Assembly: GCA_011525365.1 (NCBI GenBank)
Contig: WTGQ01000002.1
Span: 3,745,941 to 3,809,940, forward strand
Direction: 5' to 3'
DNA: 64,000 nucleotides
Origin: Acidobacteriota bacterium
GTDB lineage: Bacteria > Acidobacteriota > Thermoanaerobaculia > Multivoradales > Multivoraceae
How positions within the stretch are numbered: position 1 is the stretch's first letter; each line of letters starts with the position of its first letter. The notes below the pieces were generated by a model. It saw nothing but the letters and a program-made list of their open reading frames with translations. It did no database searches and was not told where the DNA came from. Positions 40,042-50,253 of this stretch are shown here, piece by piece. A program made the translations under genes and the position numbers.

Positions 40042-42276
40042 CTACGCCGTGGCGGAAGCTGACGAAGACGGTCCCTGGCGGCGTTTCACGGCGCGCACCG
40101 CGGACAGGTTCTCGAGGGACTCCTGGAGGCGGTTGAGGTGCTTGCGGTTGCGGACGTCGACGACGACGTCGATGGCCGCCTCGCCGGCGCCCCGGCTGCG
40201 GCTCTCGATGTGGCGAATGTTGCTGCCCTGCTTGGCGATCGCCTCCGTCACCCGGGCCAGTACGCCGGGGCGGTCGCGCGTCTCGATGACCAGGGTGACC
40301 GCGAACATCGAGTCGTGGCGGCGCGCCCACTCGACCCGGATCTCGCGCTCCGGGTGGTACAGCAGGTTGCGCACGTTGGGACAGTCGACCGAGTGGACCG
40401 ACACGCCGCGTCCCCGGGTCACGAAGCCGATGATGTCCTCGCCCGGCAACGGGCTGCAGCAACCGGCGAAGAAGGCGAGCATGTCGTCCTCGCCCTTGAC
40501 GACCAGCTTCGCCTGGTCGCGCGGCATCACCTTGCTCACCGCGCGGCGCAGGCGGCCAGGCTCCTCGTCGCGGTGACGCAGTCGCTCGGACGGCAGCACC
40601 GCGCGCAGCACCGGCTTGACCGACCCGCGGCCGAAGCCGAGCCGGCTGAACAGCTCCTCGATGCCGGAGTAGCCCTCGGCGGCGACGAAGTCCGCCATCT
40701 CCTTCGACTCGAAGATCCGGCGCGGACTGACCCGGTAGCGGCGCAACTCGCTGGCCAGCAGCGTACGGCCGATCTCGATCGCCCGTTTCTTCTGCTCGGC
40801 GTTGATCCAGTGGCGGATCTTGCTGCGCGCCTTCGGCGTGGCGACGATGTTCAGCCAGTCCCGGCTTGGCTCCCGGTTCGGGTTCGTCGTGATCTCGACG
40901 ATGTCGCCGTTCTTCAGTCCGGTCCGCAGCGGCACCAGCCGGCCGTTGACCCGGGCGCCGCTGCAGTGGTGTCCGAGCTCGGTGTGGATTCGGTACGCGA
41001 AGTCCAGCGTCGTCGCGCCGCGCGGGAAGGAGAGCACGTCGCCCTTCGGCGTGAACACGTACACCTCGTCCGGATACAGGTCGATCTTCAGCGCGCTCAT
41101 GAAGGTGCGCGGGTCGGGCGTCTCCTGCTGCCACTCCAGCAGTTGCCGCAGCCAGACGATGCTCGCGTCGTTCTCGTCCGTGTCGAGCTGGCCTTCCTTG
41201 TACCGCCAGTGGGCGGCGACGCCCTCCTCGGCCAGCAGGTCCATCGCCCGGGTCCGGATCTGGACCTCGAACGGCTGCCCCCCGCGCCCCACCACCGTCG
41301 TGTGCAACGACTGGTAGAGGTTCGGCTTCGGCATCGCGATGTAGTCCTTGAACCGGCCCGGGATCGGGTGCCAGAGCTGGTGGACGACGCCGAGCGCGGC
41401 GTAGGTGTCCTTCACGTCGACCGTGATGATCCGGAAGGCCAGGAAGTCGTACAGCTCCGGCAGGTCGATCTGGCGCTCCTGCAGCTTTCGGTAGACCGAG
41501 TAGTAGCCCTTCACCCGGTAGCTGATCTCGCCCTCGATGTCCGCCGCGCCCAACGCCTCGCGCAGCCGCCCGGCAATCCGCTCCATCGCGCGCCGCGCCC
41601 CCTTGAGCCGCTCGTCGAGCTGCTTGCGGATGTCCTCGTACTGCTGCGGGTGAATGTGCTGGAAGGCCAGGTCCTCCAGCAGCCACTGGATCCGCGACAT
41701 GCCCAGGCGGTGCGCCAGCGGCGCGTAGATCTCGAGCGTCTCCCGCGAGATGCGCCGCCGCTTCTCCGTCTCCAGATGCCCCAGGGTCAGCATGTTGTGG
41801 AGGCGGTCGACCAGCTTGACGACGATCACCCGCAGGTCCCGCGCCGAGGCGAGGATCAGCTTGCGGAAGCTCTCGGCCTGCACCTCGTCGCTGTGGACGT
41901 ACTCGTGGCGGCCGATCTTCGACACCCCGTCCACCAGGTCCGCGATCTCGGAACCGAACTGCGAAGCCAGGTCCTTCTTCGTCGCCCCGGTGTCCTCCAG
42001 CACGTCGTGCAGGAGCCCGACCGCGACACTGGTCTGGTCGAACTTGAGTTCGGCCAGCATGTGGGCGACGCCCAGCGGATGGCTGATGTAGGGCTCCCCC
42101 GACCGCCGCACCTGACCCCGGTGGGCCAGTTCGGCGAAGTCGACCACGCTGCGCAGCCAGTCCTCGTCACAGGCGCGCTCGTTCTCCTGGAGGCGGCTCA
42201 GGACGTCGCCGATCCCCACGTCCCCAGGGTCGCGCAGCGGCGCCGGTTCCCGGGTTCGTTCAGCAGCCTGAGCCAT
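40042..42276 (-). CDS. relA/spoT: Bifunctional (p)ppGpp synthetase/hydrolase
   Basis: HD hydrolase domain (HDVLEDT), synthetase domain, TGS and C-terminal ACT; 744 aa. Confidence 0.9.
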   Translation of the reverse strand: MAQAAERTREPAPLRDPGDVGIGDVLSRLQENERACDEDWLRSVVDFAELAHRGQVRRSGEPYISHPLGVAHMLAELKFDQTSVAVGLLHDVLEDTGATKKDLASQFGSEIADLVDGVSKIGRHEYVHSDEVQAESFRKLILASARDLRVIVVKLVDRLHNMLTLGHLETEKRRRISRETLEIYAPLAHRLGMSRIQWLLEDLAFQHIHPQQYEDIRKQLDERLKGARRAMERIAGRLREALGAADIEGEISYRVKGYYSVYRKLQERQIDLPELYDFLAFRIITVDVKDTYAALGVVHQLWHPIPGRFKDYIAMPKPNLYQSLHTTVVGRGGQPFEVQIRTRAMDLLAEEGVAAHWRYKEGQLDTDENDASIVWLRQLLEWQQETPDPRTFMSALKIDLYPDEVYVFTPKGDVLSFPRGATTLDFAYRIHTELGHHCSGARVNGRLVPLRTGLKNGDIVEITTNPNREPSRDWLNIVATPKARSKIRHWINAEQKKRAIEIGRTLLASELRRYRVSPRRIFESKEMADFVAAEGYSGIEELFSRLGFGRGSVKPVLRAVLPSERLRHRDEEPGRLRRAVSKVMPRDQAKLVVKGEDDMLAFFAGCCSPLPGEDIIGFVTRGRGVSVHSVDCPNVRNLLYHPEREIRVEWARRHDSMFAVTLVIETRDRPGVLARVTEAIAKQGSNIRHIESRSRGAGEAAIDVVVDVRNRKHLNRLQESLENLSAVRAVKRRQGPSSSASATA

Positions 42277-42286
42277 AGCCCGCTAC

Positions 42287-43465
42287 CTACGCGGCCGCTG
42301 CCCTCTTCTCTCGTCGCGCGCGGCCGAAGGTGGTCTCCCAGATCAGGACGATCGGGCTCGCGACGTAGATCGACGAGTAGGTGCCGACGAGCACGCCGAC
42401 GAGGAGCAGGAAGGAGAAGCCGCGGATCACGTCGCCGCCGAGGACGAACAGGCAGCCGACGGCGAGCAGCGTCGTGCCGGAGGTCAGCGCGGTGCGCGAC
42501 AGGGTCTGGTTCAGGCTCCGGTTCAGCACCTCGACCAGAGCCTCGCGACGGTTCCGGCGCAGGTTCTCGCGCACCCGGTCGAAGACGACGACCGAGTCGT
42601 TGACCGAGTAGCCGATGACGGTCAGAAAGGCCGCCACCGTCGTCAGGTTGAACTCGTAGCCCGCGAAGGCAAAGAGGCCCAGGCAGACGGCGACGTCGTG
42701 GGCGAGGGCGACCAGGGCGCCGATGCCGAAGCGCAACTCGAACCGGAACCAGATGTAGGTCAGGATGCCGGCCAGCGAGAACGTGATCGCCAGCAGGCCC
42801 TTGCGCCGCAGTTCGCCGCCGATCTGCGGCAGCACGCTGTCGCTCGACTGGACCGCGAAGTGGCCGAAGGTGGCGCCTTCGCTGATCACCGCCAGGGCCT
42901 CGGAGCTGAGCGCTTCACCCGGCTGTATCTCGGACCAGTCGCGGATCAGCCCACCGGTCCGGCGCAGGGCCATGACCTCGGCCGCCGCCTCCCGGTAGTG
43001 CTCCCGGGCGCCAATGTCGTCACCCGTCGCCCGCATGCCGTCCGGATCGGCGCCGAGCAGCATCGAGGCGAGCGCCTCGGTGCCCTGCCGGTTCAGATCG
43101 AAGCCGCTGACGTCGCTGTTGTAGTGCCGCTCCAGCACCTCCTCGACGCGGGAGGCGCTGCTTCGCTGTTCCTCGTCGTCGGCGACCGGGGTCTTCAGAA
43201 TGATCGAGTTGTCCCCCTGCTCGCCGAACGCCTGGATCGAGGCGTTCTCGATCCCGGCCTCCTGCAGCAGCCCGCGGAGCTCCTGGACATCGGGCGGCTC
43301 GTCGAACTGCACGATCATCTGGGTGCCGCCGGCGAAGTCGATGCCCAGGTTCAACTGCCGGCTGAAGATGTAGCCGAGCGACGCGATCACGGCCACCGCC
43401 GAAAGGGTCAGGCACACGCGCCGCGCGCGCATGAAGTCGAACCTCGTGTTGCGGAAGAACTCCAT
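42287..43465 (-). CDS. secF: Protein translocase subunit SecF
   Basis: Typical SecF TM topology and periplasmic domain; follows secD. Confidence 0.9.
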   Translation of the reverse strand: MEFFRNTRFDFMRARRVCLTLSAVAVIASLGYIFSRQLNLGIDFAGGTQMIVQFDEPPDVQELRGLLQEAGIENASIQAFGEQGDNSIILKTPVADDEEQRSSASRVEEVLERHYNSDVSGFDLNRQGTEALASMLLGADPDGMRATGDDIGAREHYREAAAEVMALRRTGGLIRDWSEIQPGEALSSEALAVISEGATFGHFAVQSSDSVLPQIGGELRRKGLLAITFSLAGILTYIWFRFELRFGIGALVALAHDVAVCLGLFAFAGYEFNLTTVAAFLTVIGYSVNDSVVVFDRVRENLRRNRREALVEVLNRSLNQTLSRTALTSGTTLLAVGCLFVLGGDVIRGFSFLLLVGVLVGTYSSIYVASPIVLIWETTFGRARREKRAAAA

Positions 43466-43475
43466 CGAAGTATCC

Positions 43476-45050
43476 CTAGATCGACAGACGCTCGACGCGG
43501 CCCGAGCGTGACAGGAGCAGGTCGAACAGCAGCCGGCTGTTGAAGACGGCCGTGAACACCGAAGCCAGGATGCCCACCGTCAGGGTCACCGCGAAGCCGC
43601 GGATCGCGCCGGTGCCGAAGTTGATCAGGAAGATGGCCGCGATCAGGGTCGTCAGGTTCGCGTCGAGAATCGACGACCACGCCTTGCCGAAGCCCGAGAC
43701 GACGGCCGCCTTGACCGTGCGGCCGTTGTGCAGTTCCTCGCGGATCCGCTCGAACACGAGGACGTTCGCGTCCACCGCCATGCCGATCGTCAGGATCAGC
43801 CCGGCGATGCCCGGCAGGGTGAGGGCGGCGCCGAAGTACGCGAGGACGCCGAACACCAGCACGAAGTTGAGCCCCAGCGCCACCATCGCGTTGATGCCCG
43901 AACCCTTGTAGACGACCAGCATCGCCAGGATCACGAGCACGATGCCGAAGAGGAAGGCGCGGGTGCCCTGGTCGATCGAGTCCTGTCCGAGCGACGGGCC
44001 GACCGCCTGCTGTTGCAGGTAGTTGATACCCGCGGGCAGGGCGCCCGAGCGCAGCACGGTCGCCAGGTCCTCGACCTCCTGCTGGGTGAACGAGCCGCGA
44101 ATGATCCCGGAATCGGAGATCCGGCCCTCGATGATCGGCGCCGACTGCACCTTGCCGTCCAGCACGATCGCCAGCGGCCGGCCGATGTTCGCCCCGGTCC
44201 AGTCCTCGAAGACCTGGGCGCCCTCGTGAGTGAGCGAGAAGTTGACCACCGGCTCCTGGAACTGGCCGAGCCCGGCCCGCGCCGTCTTCAGGTCGCGGCC
44301 AGTGATCACCGGACGCCGCTCGAGCCCGTAGAAGACCTGGCCGAGCACGTTGCCGTTCTCGTCCCGCTGGTCCTGGGCGGCGATCTCGAGGTTCTCGGGC
44401 AGGGTGCCGCCGTAGCGGTCGAGGATCTCCTGACGGTCGAAGGCCGCGCCCCCGCTCTCCGGGTAGACGGCGAGCCGGAACTCGAGGAAGGCGGTGTTCT
44501 TGATCAGGTTCTTCACCCGTTCCGGATCGTCGACGCCCGGAAGCTGAACGACCAGCCGGTTGCTGCCCAGGCCCTGGCGCTGGATCACCGGTTCGGCGAC
44601 TCCGAACTCGTCGACCCGGTTGCGGATCGTCTGCAGGGCCTGGTCGATCGCCTGCTCGCGGATCGTGTTCACCTCGTCCGGCCGGCGCTCGAAGATCACT
44701 TCCTCGCCACTGCGCCGCCAGGTCCAGTACGGCACGTTCTCCTCGATGATCGTGGGCAGCAGGCCGTCCTGGTCTGGGGGCAGGCCGGAGAGCCGGAACC
44801 GGGTCGGCGTTTCGGTGACCGCGGTCGTGCCCTCGACCCCCTTCTCGGCGAGCTCCTGGATCAGGCTGTCCATGTCCTTCTGCGCCTCGGCCCGCAACGC
44901 GTCGTCGGTCAGCACCTCGAGCAGCAGGTGGATGCCGCCGCGGAGGTCGAGACCCAGGTTGATCGAATCGGCGAGCGGGAAGGCCGAGAACGCGCAGGCC
45001 GAGACGACGACCACCACGACCAGGCCCCGCCAGAGCAGATTCCGGTTCAT
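43476..45050 (-). CDS. secD: Protein translocase subunit SecD
   Basis: 524 aa with a large periplasmic domain and C-terminal RND-like TM bundle. Confidence 0.9.
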   Translation of the reverse strand: MNRNLLWRGLVVVVVVSACAFSAFPLADSINLGLDLRGGIHLLLEVLTDDALRAEAQKDMDSLIQELAEKGVEGTTAVTETPTRFRLSGLPPDQDGLLPTIIEENVPYWTWRRSGEEVIFERRPDEVNTIREQAIDQALQTIRNRVDEFGVAEPVIQRQGLGSNRLVVQLPGVDDPERVKNLIKNTAFLEFRLAVYPESGGAAFDRQEILDRYGGTLPENLEIAAQDQRDENGNVLGQVFYGLERRPVITGRDLKTARAGLGQFQEPVVNFSLTHEGAQVFEDWTGANIGRPLAIVLDGKVQSAPIIEGRISDSGIIRGSFTQQEVEDLATVLRSGALPAGINYLQQQAVGPSLGQDSIDQGTRAFLFGIVLVILAMLVVYKGSGINAMVALGLNFVLVFGVLAYFGAALTLPGIAGLILTIGMAVDANVLVFERIREELHNGRTVKAAVVSGFGKAWSSILDANLTTLIAAIFLINFGTGAIRGFAVTLTVGILASVFTAVFNSRLLFDLLLSRSGRVERLSI

Positions 45051-45358
45051 GACGTCGATTCCTCGGCCAGGCCGGTGATCGACGACTTCGTGACCTTGAC
45101 TCTCACCCCGTCCGCGATCTGGAGGATGACGGTGGTCGGCTCGGTCGACACGACGTCGCCGAAGACGCCGCCCTGGGTGAGAACGCGGTCGCCCTTCTTC
45201 AGCGCCTCCACCGTCGCCTGCAGTTGCTTGCGCCGCCGGCGCTCCGGGGCGATCAGCAGGAAGTAGAAGATGGCGCCGATCAGGATGAGCGGCAGAAACT
45301 GAATGAGACCCGAGGGCGCTCCGCCCGTGGCCACAAACAGTGCGAAATCAGGAATCAT
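45047..45358 (-). CDS. yajC: Preprotein translocase subunit YajC
   Basis: MIPDFALFVATGG...LPLILIGAIFYFLLIAPERRRRK; 103 aa from the internal ATG at 45358. Stop overlaps the secD start. Confidence 0.85.
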   Translation of the reverse strand: MIPDFALFVATGGAPSGLIQFLPLILIGAIFYFLLIAPERRRRKQLQATVEALKKGDRVLTQGGVFGDVVSTEPTTVILQIADGVRVKVTKSSITGLAEESTS

Positions 45359-45431
45359 CTCTGGTGCTCCCAGCAGCGTACTTGGCTGGCGGCGGACCGA
45401 CCGGTCGTGGCCCGCACCGCAAAGGCGTACC

Positions 45432-46553
45432 CTATCGCCGTTCGGCCTCTGCCCGCGACGCCGCGAAGGCGGCCAGCGCGCCGTCGGCGATCGCCCGCCG
45501 CAGATCGGCCATGAAGTCGAGGTAGAAGCGCACGTTGTGCTCGGTCGCCAGCACCTTGCCGGTGATCTCGCCACAGCGGAACAGGTGGTGCAGGAACGCC
45601 CGGCTGTGCCGGCGGCAGACCGGGCAGCCGCAATCCGGATCCACGGGCCGCGGATCCTCCCGGTAGCGGGCCTTCTTGATCCTGACGATGCCGGTGGACG
45701 AGAACAGCGTTCCGTGGCGCGCGTTGCGCGAGGGCAGCACGCAGTCGAAGAGGTCGACGCCGAGGCCCACGGCGTGAAGGATGTCCTCCGGAGTACCCAG
45801 CCCCATCAGGTAGCGGGGCCGGTCCTCGGGCAGCGCGGGAGCGACCCAGGACAGCGCCAGCCGGCCCAGTTCCCGTTCCTCGCCGACACTGACGCCGCCG
45901 ATCGCGTAGCCGTCGAAGGGCAGGCCGGCGAGGTCCTCCGCGGCCTCGAGCCGCAGATCCTCGAAGAAGCTCCCCTGCACGATGCCGAACAGGCCCGCCG
46001 CGGCCGAGCCTCCGTCCGCTCCCCAGCGGTCCAGGGAGCGCCTGGCCCAGAGGTTCGTCCGCCGCAGCGCCTCTGCCGCCGCTTCGCGGTCCACCGGCCA
46101 CGGCGGGCACTCGTCGAGCACCATCGCGGCATCCACGCCGACCTGCTCCTGGAACTCCACCACCCGCTCGGGCGTCAGTTCCACCGTGCTGCCGTCGTGG
46201 GGGCTCCGGAAGGTGACGCCCCGGTCGTCGACCCGCCGCAACCCGGCCAGGCTGAACACCTGGTAGCCGCCGCTGTCCATCGCCAGCGGGCCGTCCCAGC
46301 CGATGAACTCGTGCAGGCCGCCGAGTCCGCTGATTCGCTCCACGCCCACTCGCTCCAGCAGGTGGAAGAGGTTCGTCATCAGGAGCCGCGCTCCGGCGCC
46401 CTCGAGCACGTCCTGGCTCAGGCCCTTCACGGCGCCCAGCGTGCCGACCGGCATGAAGGCCGGCGTCTCGACCTGGCCGTGGGGCGTGGTCAGACGGCCG
46501 AGACGGGCGAGCCCGTCACGGAAAACAACACGGAACCCGAACCCGCCGCTCAG
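45432..46553 (-). CDS. tgt: Queuine tRNA-ribosyltransferase
   Basis: Core ...TPHGQVETPAFMPVGT...DSGG[YF]QV and C-terminal zinc site CGCPVCRRHSRAFLHHL. The N-terminus extends upstream of the ORF-track Met; the only in-frame candidate is a CTG at 46553 adjacent to the upstream stop, so the start is uncertain. Confidence 0.75.
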   Translation of the reverse strand: MSGGFGFRVVFRDGLARLGRLTTPHGQVETPAFMPVGTLGAVKGLSQDVLEGAGARLLMTNLFHLLERVGVERISGLGGLHEFIGWDGPLAMDSGGYQVFSLAGLRRVDDRGVTFRSPHDGSTVELTPERVVEFQEQVGVDAAMVLDECPPWPVDREAAAEALRRTNLWARRSLDRWGADGGSAAAGLFGIVQGSFFEDLRLEAAEDLAGLPFDGYAIGGVSVGEERELGRLALSWVAPALPEDRPRYLMGLGTPEDILHAVGLGVDLFDCVLPSRNARHGTLFSSTGIVRIKKARYREDPRPVDPDCGCPVCRRHSRAFLHHLFRCGEITGKVLATEHNVRFYLDFMADLRRAIADGALAAFAASRAEAERR

Positions 46554-47287
46554 TTGAGATCGATCTCGGTGACTTCGACGTCGTCGGGCAGCGCCAGGAT
46601 GAACTCCGAATCGTCGATCGGCTCGTTCAGGACCACGTCTTCGAGGGTGACGAGCCGCTCGTCGCCGCTGGCGAGGACGATCCTGAACCTCTCGGGCAGG
46701 AAGCTCGACGGGTCGATCCAGAGGTCCATCTCCCGAATCCTCTTCTCGACGCTCCGGTAGTCCGGCGTGAGGTGAAGGTAGTAGGGGTCACCCTCGTCCT
46801 CGGGAAACTCCGCCTGCACGGCGAAGTACTTCAACAGCGTCTCGAGGTTGCCCGCGGGCCCCATGTACTCGAGCACCTGCTCGGACACCCGCCCCACCGC
46901 CGCCCTCCTGGCGGTGCCGAGGTCGACGTTCCAGGTGATCGCCACGTCGCCGTGAACGGCCATGATCACCGGCTTCGGCTCGACGAACTCCCAACGGAGC
47001 GCGTCCGGCGGCCGGTAGCGGAGCCAGCCTCGCTCTTCAACCGGCTCCAGCAGAAGCTCGCCTTCACGCCGCTGAATCAGGCGCGCCTGCAGGGTCACGA
47101 TCAGGTTCTGCTCGTACTTCACCCGCTCGACCAGCCGGTCGAGGCGCTCGCGCAGACCGAGCCCCTCGGCCGTCGGATCGGGCGGCTCGGCGGGGGGGTC
47201 CGGCGACTGGGCGGGGAGGACGACGGCCGCCGTCAGGGCCAGCAACAGTCCTCCCAGCCACGGCGCGATGCGGAGACGGTTCTTCAT
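46550..47287 (-). CDS. LolA-like outer-membrane lipoprotein carrier family protein
   Basis: 245-aa product from the internal ATG (MKNRLRIAPWLGGLLLALTAAVV signal peptide) with LolA-like length and beta-sandwich pattern. The large N-terminal ORF extension is antisense shadow of the HD gene. Confidence 0.6.
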   Translation of the reverse strand: MKNRLRIAPWLGGLLLALTAAVVLPAQSPDPPAEPPDPTAEGLGLRERLDRLVERVKYEQNLIVTLQARLIQRREGELLLEPVEERGWLRYRPPDALRWEFVEPKPVIMAVHGDVAITWNVDLGTARRAAVGRVSEQVLEYMGPAGNLETLLKYFAVQAEFPEDEGDPYYLHLTPDYRSVEKRIREMDLWIDPSSFLPERFRIVLASGDERLVTLEDVVLNEPIDDSEFILALPDDVEVTEIDLN

Positions 47288-47329
47288 CGCTGTAGTAAGC
47301 GAGCGTGGGGCAGCCGTAGAGTACCAACC

Positions 47330-48514
47330 GTGGCGACGCTGGCGTTCCGGGACCCGATCCACGGCTTCATCGAGGCCGACGAACTCGAAGCCGCGCTCAT
47401 CGCCACCCGGCCGATGCAGCGCCTGCGTTCGATCCGCCAACTCGGCCTGACCCATCTCGTATTCCCCGGCGCCGAGCACAGCCGTTTCGGTCACGCCCTG
47501 GGCACGATGCACCTGGCCGGCCGCGTCTACGACACCCTGGCGCGGGCCGAAGGGACGCCGCTCGAAGCCGGCCCGAGAGCGCGCGCCCGGCGCCTGGTTC
47601 GGGCGGCCGCCCTGCTCCACGACCTCGGCCACGCCCCCTTCAGCCACTGGGCGGAAGACCTGTTCGAGGACGGGATCGACCACGAGGAGATGAGCCGGCG
47701 CCTGCTCGGCGGCCGCGAGATCGGCGCCGCGTTCGAACGGCACGGCGACGGGCTCGAGGCCCGCGACGTGATCCGCCTGCTCGGCGACGACCTCGACGGG
47801 CCGGAGCGGCTGCTGCCGCCGATCGTCTCCGGCGAACTCGACGTCGACAAGATGGACTACCTGCTGCGCGACTCCCTGTTCTGCGGCGTCCGCTACGGCA
47901 ACTTCGACCTCGACCAGGTGATCGCCACCGTGCGGCCGCTCACCGACGGCGCCGGCGACGACCACCGGCTGGGGATCGACGCCGAGGGCCTGCACGCGGT
48001 CGAAGGCCTGATCCTGGCGCGCTACTACATGTTCACGCAGGTCTACTTCCACGTCACCGGCAAGGCGCTGGAACTCCACCTGAACGAGTGGCTGCACGAA
48101 CAGGGAATCACCTGGCGCAGCGACCCGGAGCGCTTCCTGGCCAACGACGACGGCGAGATGATGACGAGAATGCGGCGTTCGGACAGCCTGCACGCGCGGG
48201 CGATCACCGACCGCAGACACTTCCGGCTCGCCCACGAGACCGGCGAGCACCTGGACTCGGACGAGAAACGGGCGTTCGAGCGGCGTCTCGAGCCCTTGCG
48301 CGAACGCTACGGCGAGAGCGTCCTCGTCTCGAACTCGGCCAAGGACCCCCACCGGCTCGGCCGCGGCCGGGTGCCGGTCCGCCAGAACGGCGGGAAGCTC
48401 GTACAGCTCGAGGAGGCGAGCCACTTCGTGCGTCACCTCCGGCGCATCGACCGCTACCGGGTCTACTGCAGCGACGCCGTCTACGACGAGGTCCGGCTGG
48501 CGCTGGGATCCTGA
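47330..48514 (+). CDS. HD-domain phosphohydrolase (dGTPase/YdhJ-like)
   Basis: FRDPIHGFI...HSRFGHALGT...LLHDLGHAPFSH...D.DKMDYLLRDS metal-binding HD signature. GTG start at 47330. Confidence 0.75.
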   Translation: MATLAFRDPIHGFIEADELEAALIATRPMQRLRSIRQLGLTHLVFPGAEHSRFGHALGTMHLAGRVYDTLARAEGTPLEAGPRARARRLVRAAALLHDLGHAPFSHWAEDLFEDGIDHEEMSRRLLGGREIGAAFERHGDGLEARDVIRLLGDDLDGPERLLPPIVSGELDVDKMDYLLRDSLFCGVRYGNFDLDQVIATVRPLTDGAGDDHRLGIDAEGLHAVEGLILARYYMFTQVYFHVTGKALELHLNEWLHEQGITWRSDPERFLANDDGEMMTRMRRSDSLHARAITDRRHFRLAHETGEHLDSDEKRAFERRLEPLRERYGESVLVSNSAKDPHRLGRGRVPVRQNGGKLVQLEEASHFVRHLRRIDRYRVYCSDAVYDEVRLALGS

Positions 48515-49122
48515 GCCGGGGCCGGCCCCACCAGCAGATCGTCCCGGCCGGCGGGGTGAAGCAGGCTCGCCGGGCCACCGCCTCGAAGACGGGCCGCGAG
48601 CCGGACGATCGGCCGTCCCTCCCGCACGAACTTCGCCTCGTAGTTCGTTCGCGGTCCTTCCGCCCAGCCGGAATCGATCCGGTCCACGTCCACCACCGGG
48701 TGCCGGGCAAGGGTCTCCGCCACCGCCTCGCCGTACTCCAGGTGGTCGGTGGCGAAGAACAGCCTTCCTCGCGGCGGATCGAGCAGCGACAGCACCAGGT
48801 CGACGGTGCGCGGGTCGAGCAGCCGCCGGCGGTGGTGCCGGCTTTTCGGCCAGGGATCGGGGAAGTAGACGTGGACCGTGCGCGCCATGCCCGCGGGCAG
48901 CAGGGTCGCGATCAGATAGAGCGCCTCGCCGCGGAGCAGGACGACGTTCGAGAGGTCACGCGACGCCGCCCGCCGCGCCGCCAGGCGGAAGTACCTGGAC
49001 GCCATCTCGACCCCCAGGAAGGGGCGGGAACCGGCGGCGGCGGCCGAGGTGACGAGAAAACGGCCCTTGCCGAAGCCGAGTTCGACTTCCCAGTCCGAGC
49101 GTTCCGCGAATGCCGCCCGCAA
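48481..49122 (-). CDS. trmB: tRNA (guanine46-N7)-methyltransferase
   Basis: EVELGFGKGRFL...VYFPDPWPK...TDHLEYGE motifs. Confidence 0.8.
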   Translation of the reverse strand: MRAAFAERSDWEVELGFGKGRFLVTSAAAAGSRPFLGVEMASRYFRLAARRAASRDLSNVVLLRGEALYLIATLLPAGMARTVHVYFPDPWPKSRHHRRRLLDPRTVDLVLSLLDPPRGRLFFATDHLEYGEAVAETLARHPVVDVDRIDSGWAEGPRTNYEAKFVREGRPIVRLAARLRGGGPASLLHPAGRDDLLVGPAPAQDPSASRTSS

Positions 49123-49190
49123 CCCGGCCCGGCAGGAGGCGAGGTCGCTGAAACCGGCGGCGCCGCGCCAAGCGAGGACCGGCGGCGCGC

Positions 49191-50246
49191 TCAGAGCAGA
49201 TCCAGCCGGCCCCGGGCCACGAGCCGCTCCACGACCTCGCGGACGTCCTGGGCCCGCTCGCGCGGCACGACGAGCACGGAGTCGCCGGTGCGCACGACGG
49301 CGAGACCCTCCACGCCGATCACCGCCACCGCGCCCTCATCCGCGAACAGCAGGTTGTCGCGGGCGTCGACGGCGAGCGTGTCTCCCACCGTCCGGTTGCC
49401 GTCTCCGTCCGCCGGCAGGGCCTCCGCCAGCAGTCCCCAGGACCCGATGTCGTTCCAGCCGCAGTCGGCCACCACGCAGCCGATCGAATCGAGCCGCTCC
49501 ATCAGCCCGTAGTCGATCGAGACCGACTCGAGGCCGGCGTAGATCTCACGGCGGCGGGCCGCGCCCAGGTCGTCCGCCGCCAGCCGTTCGATGCCGGCGG
49601 CGAGTTCCGGCAGGTGCTCGCGGTAGAGATCGAGCAGCACCGTGCCCCGGAAGAGAAAGATGCCGGCGTTCCAGAAGTGGCGGCCGCCGGCGACGAAGCG
49701 CGCCGCCTTCTCCGCGTCCGGCTTCTCCGTGAACCGCAGCACGGGCGAAACACTCAGGGGCTCGGCCGGCGCCTCGAGTTCCAGGTAGCCGTACCCGGTC
49801 TCGGGCCAGGCCGGCGCGATCCCGACCGTGACGACGTCGTGGTCGCCGCGTTCGACCGCCATGGCGCCCCGGCGGACCGCCTCGCGGAACGCGTCCTCGT
49901 CGGCCACCCAGTGGTCCGACGGCATGACCGCGATCACCTCCCGACGCGCCGCTTCCGGCATCGTCCGCACCGCCCAACCGATCGCCGGCGCCGTGTTGCG
50001 GCCGCTCGGCTCACCCAGGATGCGCGAGGAGTCGAGGCCGGGCAGTTCGGCGGCGACCGCGGCCGCGAGATCCCCGGTCGTGCAGACCCAGGTCCGCTCC
50101 GCCCCGCAGAGCGGCTCGACCCGGCGCGCGGTCGCGGCCACCAGGGAACCGCCGCCCAGCAGGTCGAGGAGCTGCTTGGGGCGACTTCGCCGGCTCAGGG
50201 GCCAGAAGCGGGAACCGATGCCGCCGGCCAGGATCAGACCGATCAT
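49191..50246 (-). CDS. manC: Mannose-1-phosphate guanylyltransferase-like nucleotidyltransferase
   Basis: MIGLILAGGIGSRFWPLSR...KQLL sugar-nucleotidyltransferase glycine-rich loop; 351 aa. Confidence 0.75.
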   Translation of the reverse strand: MIGLILAGGIGSRFWPLSRRSRPKQLLDLLGGGSLVAATARRVEPLCGAERTWVCTTGDLAAAVAAELPGLDSSRILGEPSGRNTAPAIGWAVRTMPEAARREVIAVMPSDHWVADEDAFREAVRRGAMAVERGDHDVVTVGIAPAWPETGYGYLELEAPAEPLSVSPVLRFTEKPDAEKAARFVAGGRHFWNAGIFLFRGTVLLDLYREHLPELAAGIERLAADDLGAARRREIYAGLESVSIDYGLMERLDSIGCVVADCGWNDIGSWGLLAEALPADGDGNRTVGDTLAVDARDNLLFADEGAVAVIGVEGLAVVRTGDSVLVVPRERAQDVREVVERLVARGRLDLL

Positions 50247-50253
50247 GCAGGCC

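Noticed and set aside
38646-42603. ORFs 38646..40136 (+) and 40138..42603 (+, 821 aa)
   Set aside because: Antisense to the PKD genes and to relA/spoT respectively; no domains; Arg-rich.
43728-46760. ORFs 43728..45266 (+) and 45303..46760 (+)
   Set aside because: Antisense to secD/yajC and tgt.
46550-48436. N-terminal ~380 aa of the 628-aa minus-strand ORF
   Set aside because: Only the C-terminal 245 aa (LolA-like, from the ATG at 47287) are gene-like. The upstream part is antisense to the HD phosphohydrolase gene.
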